This document shows, one piece after another, positions 39,958 to 47,385 of a stretch of DNA of 64,000 nucleotides (the first letter of the stretch is position 1; each line of letters opens with the position of its first letter). The stretch is taken from contig CBDCTJ010000007.1 of NCBI GenBank assembly GCA_965222115.1, positions 2,688,001-2,752,000 of the forward strand, given 5' to 3'. Made by a program: the position numbers and the translations under genes. A model generated the notes under the pieces. It searched no databases. It was not told the origin of the DNA and saw only the letters and a list, made by a program, of their open reading frames with translations. The DNA is from Planctomycetota bacterium (GTDB taxonomy: Bacteria > Planctomycetota > PLA2 > JAEUHO01).

Positions 39958-40175
39958 CGTCCACCGTTCGATGCGCAACGCGCAGATCAAAGATCTGCTG
40001 GTGCTTACTCAGGGTCTTCGCGCAAATGGCAATGCCATTTGCTCTTGACGTCCACGTTAAAGCGGCGCGAGTCGTTCATCGAATGCTCAAACCTGAGTCA
40101 GGGTAACGGGCGACGGAAACTTGGGAAACACGCCGATTGGTCCAGCGCGATCGGTACGCGCGGACGCTGCGATGG
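39958..40175 (-). repeat. gene-less degenerate copy H of the composite element with flanks
   Basis: colinear with 55929-56165, e.g. ggtgcttactcagggtcttcgcgcaaatggc..gccatttgctcttgacgtccac and tccagcgcgatcggtacgcgc. Confidence 0.85.
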
Positions 40176-40360
40176 CGTCATTCGGGTGATGGCCTCCACG
40201 ACACGTTGCCGTGTCACTCCCGATCCACACGCGGGTGTGACATGAGCTTCTTACGGTAGAAAGCGAGGACGGCGTCGCCGCCCGCGGCGTCAGATACTCG
40301 ATGCGCAGGGCCCAGCCATGGATGTGGTGAAAAGAGGGTCTGCGGCGAGGAGTCACGTTC

Positions 40361-41914
40361 ATGAGGTTTGCATTTCGACTCACTGTAGTGCTTGTGTGCG
40401 GGGCAGCGTTCGCGCTGACGCCCGCCGCCGATGCGCGCGAGAAATCCAAGGACGAAACGATTGTCAAGGGCAAGCTCGGCGCGGAACTCGATGAACGAGT
40501 CAGCGACAAAGTGCCTGAGTTTTGGGGGTCGGTGCTCGTTGCCAAGAAGGGCAAGGTGTTGTTGGCCAAGGGCTATGGCATGGCCGACTACAAGAACAAG
40601 CCCAACACGGCACGGACGCTGCACGAGCTCGCGTCGGCAAGCAAGCAGGTCGCGGGTACGGCCATTTTGCATCTTCAGCAGCGACGCAAACTCAAGATTG
40701 GCGATTCGATCGGGAAATATTTCAAGAAGGTGCCCAAGGAGAAGAAGGCCATCACAATTCGTCATCTTCTGACCCACACCTCCGGAATTTCCAGAGAGGC
40801 TGGAGTCTCTTACGCATCGCCCATCGACCGAAAGAACTACGTCAAAAAAATGATGGCCGAGCCGCTTGATTCCAAACCGGGTGAGACCTACGCCTATAGC
40901 AATGTTGGCTATGCCTTACTGGCGGCCATTGTTGAGCAGGTCTCGAAGATGACGTATGAGGAATACGTTGAGAAATACTTGTTCAAACCTGCGGGACTGA
41001 AGGATACCGGGTTTATCGGTGACAAGGATCTACAAGAGACAGGACGTGCTTCCGTGCGCAAGGGGCGACTTCGCGGCAAGACGGCCGCCGACTGGCATTA
41101 TGGGTGGGGCTACCGCGGGATGGGCGGCGTGGTCACAAGTGTCTTGGATCTACTGAAGTGGGACCGGGCACTGCGCGACGACACGATTCTGAAAGAAGAG
41201 GCACGCGAGGCGCTCTACATGCCCTACAAGAACTTCTATGCCTGCGGATGGGAAGTCGAACATACCGACCGAGGCACGCGCTGCGTGCATCACTCAGGTG
41301 GTGTTGAGGGCTATGGCACAAACGTCATTCGCTATCTCGAAGACGACGTGTGTGTGTTCGTGCTCTCCAACAAAGGCGACTCGGCCCACAAGGTATCGGC
41401 CGCACTCGAAGCGGTTCTTTTCAAGCCCACTTCGATTCAGGTGAGCATCGACGTGACACCCTACGGCGGTGGGGGCCGCACGCTCAAGACACCAACCACC
41501 CTCACGTGGGGCGTCTCTCGCAAGGGGCGAGATTTGGTGATTGAGGTCCTCGACAAAAAGACCGTTGTACTGGGACTGCGCTTGCCCAAGAAAACGTATG
41601 GTAAGAAGCTCCTGTTCGAACTTGAGCATTCGATTCAGTCGCGCGAATCCGATGAGAAGGCGTCCACATCGCAGTGTCAGGCCGAGCTCCACCTAGGGGG
41701 TTACGGCCCGTCCGCCAAGATCGTTCATCCTTTTGGTCAAGTGCGCTTTGCCGCCGAACACCGCGGTCGAACAACTACCGGCGAGCCGAAGATTGACCGA
41801 CGCGTGACACTGGTTCTCACCGATACACGCTCCGGCGGCATGACGGGCGTCGTGCTCATGAACCTCATCAGCGCAAAGGCGTTGCTCGAAAAACTCTCCA
41901 AAGCGGTTCGATAG
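40361..41914 (+). CDS. serine hydrolase, beta-lactamase class C family
   Basis: signal peptide; ASASK (SxxK), LLTHTSG, YSN, HSGG. Confidence 0.9.
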   Translation: MRFAFRLTVVLVCGAAFALTPAADAREKSKDETIVKGKLGAELDERVSDKVPEFWGSVLVAKKGKVLLAKGYGMADYKNKPNTARTLHELASASKQVAGTAILHLQQRRKLKIGDSIGKYFKKVPKEKKAITIRHLLTHTSGISREAGVSYASPIDRKNYVKKMMAEPLDSKPGETYAYSNVGYALLAAIVEQVSKMTYEEYVEKYLFKPAGLKDTGFIGDKDLQETGRASVRKGRLRGKTAADWHYGWGYRGMGGVVTSVLDLLKWDRALRDDTILKEEAREALYMPYKNFYACGWEVEHTDRGTRCVHHSGGVEGYGTNVIRYLEDDVCVFVLSNKGDSAHKVSAALEAVLFKPTSIQVSIDVTPYGGGGRTLKTPTTLTWGVSRKGRDLVIEVLDKKTVVLGLRLPKKTYGKKLLFELEHSIQSRESDEKASTSQCQAELHLGGYGPSAKIVHPFGQVRFAAEHRGRTTTGEPKIDRRVTLVLTDTRSGGMTGVVLMNLISAKALLEKLSKAVR

Positions 41915-41946
41915 CGTTCAACGGATGATGCCGGCGCAATTCACGC

Positions 41947-42576
41947 CTACTCATCTTCCCCTCGATGCGCCGTCGCTTCTTCGTCCACCCAATCCTCTTC
42001 TTCGTAGGACATGCCGCGGCGGCCGGGGACCTTGCGGGTGGGGCCGGATTTGTAGAGCGGGCAAGATTTGGGGCCGTAGCAGAAGGTTTCGCGGCGGTAG
42101 CGGCGCTGCTTGGGATTCCAGTGGTCGATGATCACTTCGACCGCCATTTCACAAGCCCACATGCATGAGACGCACATATTTGCGAAAGTGCGCGCGGCCA
42201 ATCGTCGGTGGCCGCGTTCGCGGTAGGTGGGGAGTTCCGGGGGGACGCCGAGAAAGGGAGGAGGTTGTACGAGTTTCACGGTTGAGGGACGTTCTGCTTT
42301 GAGGCGACTAATCTTATAGAGATCGGCCACCTCGCGTCGCGGTTCGGCAACGAGCACGCCCAATCCGGAGACGGTGTCGTCCGCGCGGAAGAGATGTTTC
42401 GATTGTGCGGCCTTGCCGATTGCGACTGCGAACAGCCGCTCTTCTTCGCCACATGTTCCATCGATTCGAAGGACATAGCCGAGGTAGCTGTGACTGCGCT
42501 GGTCAAAGCTCCTCGTGAGTCGGATTCGGGGCTGGACGGAGACGACGAGCCCCTTCCAGGCGATTTTGAAGGTCAT
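41947..42576 (-). CDS. conserved hypothetical Cys-rich basic protein
   Basis: CVSCMWACEM..WNP..TFCYGPKSC; AGGGA SD. Confidence 0.7.
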   Translation of the reverse strand: MTFKIAWKGLVVSVQPRIRLTRSFDQRSHSYLGYVLRIDGTCGEEERLFAVAIGKAAQSKHLFRADDTVSGLGVLVAEPRREVADLYKISRLKAERPSTVKLVQPPPFLGVPPELPTYRERGHRRLAARTFANMCVSCMWACEMAVEVIIDHWNPKQRRYRRETFCYGPKSCPLYKSGPTRKVPGRRGMSYEEEDWVDEEATAHRGEDE

Positions 42577-42719
42577 GGTATCCCTACTCTACATCTCAGG
42601 GCGTTCAAGCGCCACGCCTTCAGCATGGTTGTGCGTTCGGGCACGATCTGATAGCAGAGCGCGGCTTGAGCGACTGTGCGTGGTGGAGCAGTTTGCGTTG
42701 ACGTCCGATGTCCCGCTTT

Positions 42720-42840
42720 CCCGTGACCCGTGACCCGATACCCGGACTCAAGTGTGAGCGTCCGAAATTCGATTCACGCCAGCTCGTGGACGTGGACGTG
42801 GACGTGGACGTGGACGTGGACGTGGACGTGGACGTGGACG
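42720..42840 (+). repeat. composite repeat copy A: 3 heptamers, hairpin core, (GTGGAC)x9
   Basis: cccgtga cccgtga cccgata cccggactcaagtgtgagcgtccg..gattcacgcc; GTGGAC x9 at 42786-42839. Confidence 0.95.
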
Positions 42841-42841
42841 A

Positions 42842-43216
42842 TCAAGGCTCGTCGAACCTTCGTTGAAGCACGAACAACATAGCGGCGGATCGCTCTAGTA
42901 TGTTCATGACACCTGAGATTGCGGCCTCGCTGGCGAGTCCGAGTAGTAGAGCCTGATGTAGAGCGGCAATGGCCTCGGTGCATTCGGCGTGTGCGATGTC
43001 GTACGCTTTGCGTTTCTCGGCTGGCCGTCGTTTCGAGAGTCCTTCGGCGACGTTTAGGGCAACGCTGATACTTGCGCGCCTGAGTTGATCGGCGAGCTTT
43101 GCGTGGCCACGAGGCCATGCACCGCAGATTGCTACGCACTCGACCGACGCGGCCTGCGAAGCACGGTAGACATCGAAGCGTTTGAGGTATTCGAGCGTGG
43201 AAGATGCGCTTGTCAT
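42842..43216 (-). CDS. four-helix-bundle protein (23S rRNA IVP / Avd-like)
   Basis: FDVYR, LADQLRRAS.SVALNVAEG, AYDIA..EC.E. Confidence 0.88.
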   Translation of the reverse strand: MTSASSTLEYLKRFDVYRASQAASVECVAICGAWPRGHAKLADQLRRASISVALNVAEGLSKRRPAEKRKAYDIAHAECTEAIAALHQALLLGLASEAAISGVMNILERSAAMLFVLQRRFDEP

Positions 43217-43368
43217 GATGGAACTCCAGCGTGAAGGGATCGCAAGCCGTTTGCTCGCGTGTGCCCTTCACAAAAGAGCCGAAGGCGAAGGAGGGCACAC
43301 GCGAGCGGGTCGTACAAAGGAAGCCCTGCGCAAATGCGACAACTTGTTCTCAAGCTGGAGTTCCATCA
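43216..43368 (-). promoter_or_regulatory. structured leader sequestering the SD of the four-helix gene
   Basis: 15-bp perfect IR 43216-43230/43354-43368; inner 15-bp IR 43253-43267/43292-43306. Confidence 0.8.
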
Positions 43369-43421
43369 CAAGCGGCGCCCGCGCGTACCGGTCCGGTCGC
43401 GCATGAGTTACCGATGGCCTG

Positions 43422-43536
43422 CCCGGAATCCGATACCCGTCAACCGTTACCCTTTACCCGAAACCCGTCACCCGGACTCAAGTGTGAGCGTTCGATGGTC
43501 AATTCGCGCCGGTCTAACGTGGACGTGGACGTCAAG
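43422..43536 (+). repeat. composite repeat copy B: 7 heptamers, core, (GTGGAC)x2
   Basis: cccggactcaagtgtgagcgttcg at 43471; gtggacgtggacgtcaag. Confidence 0.92.
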
Positions 43537-43576
43537 TAGCGCACTAGCCGCGTGCGGCCGATACCGGATAAACACC

Positions 43577-43731
43577 GAACTGTCTGCTGTGTGACGTGAA
43601 GGCGCACTGGGCAACACCCTTTGGGAAGTGCTACGTGCATGCCCCATTCGCCATGAGGGCGAGGGCACGCACTCGCATTCCCGCGGGTGTTTCCTCGTGG
43701 AGCTTCTCGTATGTCACACAGCAAACAGTTC
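43577..43731 (+). promoter_or_regulatory. structured leader pairing over the start codon of the four-helix gene
   Basis: 43577-43597 pairs with 43711-43731 (one G-U, one mismatch); nested aacaccc/gggtgtt, gtgcatgccc/gggcacgcac, tcgcc/ggcga. Confidence 0.75.
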
Positions 43732-44097
43732 TCGGTTTCCTCCACAGCTAGTCGGCTTGAGCGATTCGACGTGTATCGAATCGCGCGGCGTGCCGCTGCC
43801 AGTATTCACCAGCTTTGTGGATCGCTACCGCGAGGCAACGCCGAGCTTGCAAGCCAAGCTCGACGCGCCTCGACCGCCGTCGTTCTCAACATCGCTGAAG
43901 GCATCGGGCGCGCTGGCGCAGGCGCCAAGCACCGTTCGTTCTCCATCGCTCGCGGCGAGTGTGTCGAAGCCGCTGCGGCACTCGACCTCATGGATGCAAT
44001 GGGCATCCTCGCCAGCGCCCACGCCGCACCGACGCTTCGCGACCTTGACCGCGTTCGCGCGATGCTGAATGCGCTCATCCGCCGTTGGAGGGAGTGA
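43711..44097 (+). CDS. four-helix-bundle protein (23S rRNA IVP / Avd-like)
   Basis: LERFDVYR, LASQARRAS.AVVLNIAEG, FSIARGEC.E; GGAG SD. Confidence 0.9.
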   Translation: MSHSKQFSVSSTASRLERFDVYRIARRAAASIHQLCGSLPRGNAELASQARRASTAVVLNIAEGIGRAGAGAKHRSFSIARGECVEAAAALDLMDAMGILASAHAAPTLRDLDRVRAMLNALIRRWRE

Positions 44098-44128
44098 AGC
44101 GTTCCCATTTATGCACAGCGTCGCGCAC

Positions 44129-44257
44129 TCCGTCACCCATTGTCCGTCACCCGTTACCTGTCACCCGTTACCCGGACTCCAGTGTGAGCGTCCGATAGTC
44201 GATTCACGCCTGCTCGTGGACGTGGACGTGGACGTGGACGTGGACGTGGACGTGAAC
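44129..44257 (+). repeat. composite repeat copy C: 6 heptamers, core, (GTGGAC)x6
   Basis: cccggactccagtgtgagcgtccg at 44171; gattcacgcc; GTGGAC at 44216-44251. Confidence 0.95.
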
Positions 44258-44297
44258 GCGCAAATCCGTGCCGGGATCACACGTGCGATCTGCAATA

Positions 44298-44365
44298 TCC
44301 GAAAGCCGTTACCCGACACCCGTCCCCCGGACACCCAACTGAGCATCCGACGAACGATTCGCGCC
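44298..44365 (+). repeat. degenerate composite repeat copy D
   Basis: 4 heptamers, cccggac..tgagcatccg, gattcgcgcc. Confidence 0.75.
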
Positions 44366-44421
44366 GCACGCATCGATGGGTGACGGGGACTGTCCCCCCG
44401 CGCGGGGAGGCTAGGAGCCTC

Positions 44422-45354
44422 ATGATTGATCGCCGCCCTTCCGAATCCAGTACGCGCGCGCGTGTTGCGCAGCTCGATATGCGACTTGCCCTTGAGGGCA
44501 GTCAACTTGTGCACGGTGATTGTCTGGAAGTCATGCAGCGCCTGCCGGATGCGTGTTTGGATCTGATTTACATCGACCCGCCGTTTTTTACCGGCAGCAA
44601 AAAGTTGGGACCGCGGGACCTTGATGGCGAAACGCACGCGGCTCAATTCGATGATCACTGGCCCGGGGGATTGACGGCCTATTTGAGCTGGCTCATGCCA
44701 CGCATTGCAGATATGCATCGCCTGCTAAAAGACACCGGGTCCATGTATATCCATCTCGACTGGCATGCAGTGCATTACGTCAAGGTCGAGGCCGATCGCA
44801 TCTTTGGTTACGACAACTTTCTCAATGAGATTGTGTGGCTCTATGGACTGGGGGGGAGTTCCCCGCGCTACTGGCCGCGCAAGCACGACACGATTTTGTG
44901 GTACGCCAAAAATGCCAAACAACACTACTTCGTGGCCGATCGGATACCGGCCACATCGCAGCGTCTCAAGGGGCAGACCAAGAAGGCGCCCGACACGTGG
45001 GATATTCCAGCACTCAACAATATGTCTCGCGAGCGCTCGGGGTATCCCACACAGAAGCCGGAAGCATTGCTTGAACGCATTGTTCGAAGCTCGTGTCCCG
45101 AGGACGGACTGTTTGCTGACTTCTTCTGTGGCTCCGGTACGTCGTGCGTGGCCGCCGAGCGATTGGGACGCAAGTGGATCGCATCGGACACATCGAGTGA
45201 TGCGATTCAAACCACCGAGTCGCGACTGCATGCCTACCTTGCCGAACAAATTGCCAAGCGCCATCCCGGCCATTTGACGCGCGCCAAGGGGGCGACTTCG
45301 TCACGTCGAAAACGGCGCGTTCCGCTTCCGAGTTTCGTTGTCTTACGGGCGTAG
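44422..45354 (+). CDS. N6/N4 DNA methyltransferase, beta class (orphan)
   Basis: GDCL, IYIDPPF, YPTQKPE, DFFCGSGT; AGGAG SD. Confidence 0.93.
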   Translation: MIDRRPSESSTRARVAQLDMRLALEGSQLVHGDCLEVMQRLPDACLDLIYIDPPFFTGSKKLGPRDLDGETHAAQFDDHWPGGLTAYLSWLMPRIADMHRLLKDTGSMYIHLDWHAVHYVKVEADRIFGYDNFLNEIVWLYGLGGSSPRYWPRKHDTILWYAKNAKQHYFVADRIPATSQRLKGQTKKAPDTWDIPALNNMSRERSGYPTQKPEALLERIVRSSCPEDGLFADFFCGSGTSCVAAERLGRKWIASDTSSDAIQTTESRLHAYLAEQIAKRHPGHLTRAKGATSSRRKRRVPLPSFVVLRA

Positions 45355-45379
45355 AACCGTAGAACCAACGACCCCATTG

Positions 45380-47212
45380 CTACGGTTTCTTGGTTCGGGA
45401 CAAGTTGGTTGGCCGCACGTCGATCAAACGCAACTCGGCGGTGGTCATCCCGCGCCAGTGGTTTAGGTAGGGGACCACCGCCACATCGAGCGGCTGGCCT
45501 TGACCGACCACGTCAAAGAGGGCTGCTTGGCGCCACCCAACCACCCGAATGGCGCCACCGGTCTGCTTGAGCGCAAAGGAGAGGTGCGTTGCGTTCTTGC
45601 CCATGAGTTTGGGCTTGCCCGCTAGCTCTGCACCCTTGAGTACAAACACGGGCTCTGGGTTGCCCTGGCCAAAGGGCGCAAGTCTGTGCAATGCTTCAAC
45701 CGTATCGACGTGCCAATGATCCACCGACGATTCGGCATCGAAATACAGCGCGCCCGAGGCTTCGGTCTGTTCTGCCTGCCGGGTGACCGCGCGTTCGAAT
45801 GCAGCGCGGAACGCATCGAGCTGACTGCGAGCAACCTCGAGCCCCGCCGCCATGGCATGGCCACCATGGGCCGCAAGAACGTCATGACAAGCAGCAAGCG
45901 CGTGATGGAGGTCGTATCCCGGTGGGGTGCGGCATGAGCCACGACCTTCGTCACCTTGCATACCGACGACGGCCGTGGGCAGACCAAAGCGATCCACAAG
46001 TCGCGCGGCCACGATACCGATCACGCCAACATGCCAATCGTCACCCCAAAGCACCAAACTCTTACGCGGGCTTCCCAGCGATTCATGCTCAGCGAGCAAC
46101 GTCTGTGCAGCATGTTCGGCCTGCTTGAGTACGCCCTGCTCGATCTCACGACGTTTCGTGTTGGCCTGATCCAGGGCCTGGGCTTTTCGTTCACATACAT
46201 CCGGATCATCGGAGACCAGGAGCTCAATAACCAACTCGGGTTGGCTCAACCGCCCCGCCGCGTTTAGCCGGGGACCCAACCGAAATCCAATGTCCTCTGC
46301 CGTAATGGGCAACTCACCCACATCCGATACGCGTAGTAGCGCCTGAACGCCCGCATGCGGCGATTCGCGCAGTGCCTTGAGACCATTGGCCACGAGCACA
46401 CGATTCTCTCCATGAAGCGGCACGACATCGGCCACCGTGGCAATCGCCACGAGCCCAACGGCATGTTTCATAAAGCGCTTAAACTCGGCGGCCCTCGAAC
46501 GCAGAACACCGCCTCGCAACCGATCGGCGATTCCCCAGGCGAGTTTGAAGGCCACGCCACAACCGCAGAGAGGCGGTGCGTCGTTACTCGAATCCGAAGT
46601 CTGTATGGATCCATCGGCCGCAAGATGCGGATTCACAATCGCGCACGCGGTCGGCAATCGATTCCCTGGGGGATGATGGTCTGTGATGACGACGTCGATG
46701 CCATGCTGCGTAGCGGCATCCACCGCGTCGTGGGCAGAGATGCCGTTGTCCACCGTGACGGCGACATTGACCTCGCGCGCCTTGAGTTCATCGATGGTTT
46801 CGCGTCGGAGGCCGTAGCCATCGGCGTCACGTAACGGAATCGACCAACTCACATTGGCGCCGAGCAAGTTGAAAAATCGAACCAGGAGTGCCGTTGCCGT
46901 CATGCCATCGACATCGTAGTCACCGCAGATTGCGATGTGTTCATCGTCGGTGATGGCGCGCGCGAGCCGATCGGCGGCGTTGTCCATCCCTGGCAACTCG
47001 AACGGAGAGCTCAAGTGGGCCAGCTTCGGCTCTAGGAATCGCTGAGCCTCATGGCGGGTGCGAACACCTCGCTCCCAAAGCAAATTGGCCACCAAACCAT
47101 CAACATCGAGCGCTGCACAAAATGCGTCACGACCTTCTTCCCGTGCCTCAGAGGCGGGCTCCGCGGCGCGCGCGTCCCGTGCTCGTCGCAAGCGCCATGG
47201 GCGGCGAGACAT
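45380..47212 (-). CDS. recJ: ssDNA exonuclease RecJ
   Basis: GDYDVDG, TVDNG, ITDHH, TVADVVPL, PRLNAAGR, GGHAMAAG, PFGQGNPEP. Confidence 0.96.
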   Translation of the reverse strand: MSRRPWRLRRARDARAAEPASEAREEGRDAFCAALDVDGLVANLLWERGVRTRHEAQRFLEPKLAHLSSPFELPGMDNAADRLARAITDDEHIAICGDYDVDGMTATALLVRFFNLLGANVSWSIPLRDADGYGLRRETIDELKAREVNVAVTVDNGISAHDAVDAATQHGIDVVITDHHPPGNRLPTACAIVNPHLAADGSIQTSDSSNDAPPLCGCGVAFKLAWGIADRLRGGVLRSRAAEFKRFMKHAVGLVAIATVADVVPLHGENRVLVANGLKALRESPHAGVQALLRVSDVGELPITAEDIGFRLGPRLNAAGRLSQPELVIELLVSDDPDVCERKAQALDQANTKRREIEQGVLKQAEHAAQTLLAEHESLGSPRKSLVLWGDDWHVGVIGIVAARLVDRFGLPTAVVGMQGDEGRGSCRTPPGYDLHHALAACHDVLAAHGGHAMAAGLEVARSQLDAFRAAFERAVTRQAEQTEASGALYFDAESSVDHWHVDTVEALHRLAPFGQGNPEPVFVLKGAELAGKPKLMGKNATHLSFALKQTGGAIRVVGWRQAALFDVVGQGQPLDVAVVPYLNHWRGMTTAELRLIDVRPTNLSRTKKP

Positions 47213-47385
47213 CGCCGTGGGGTTGGATCCCGATGAAATAGCCGACCTCCCTCCGAAGCGGTCACGGAGTGGACTCGTTGTACACGCCCAAAGCCCCAGT
47301 TCCGCGCGTGTTTGATCGGGGCCGCCAAATAGGCGGGGTTCATTCGTTTTCAGTAGCATGACCGCCCGCACCTTCGGAGACCCCC

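Noticed and set aside
42842-43216. 23S rRNA intervening sequence context
   Set aside because: No rRNA sequence flanks any of the four-helix genes.
42774-43298. ORF with poly-(VH) tail, and poly-(VD)/(WT)/(ST) ORFs at 44069-44383, 44161-44718 and 56483-56849
   Set aside because: Translations of the GTGGAC tract in shadow frames overlapping the real four-helix genes or repeats.
42842-44097. Diversity-generating retroelement or retron
   Set aside because: Avd-like genes and structured RNA are present, but there is no reverse transcriptase ORF and no TR/VR pair differing at adenines in the window.
42720-44365. CRISPR array interpretation of the repeats
   Set aside because: Spacing is ~700 bp with genes inside, the repeats are composite and degenerate, and there are no cas genes.
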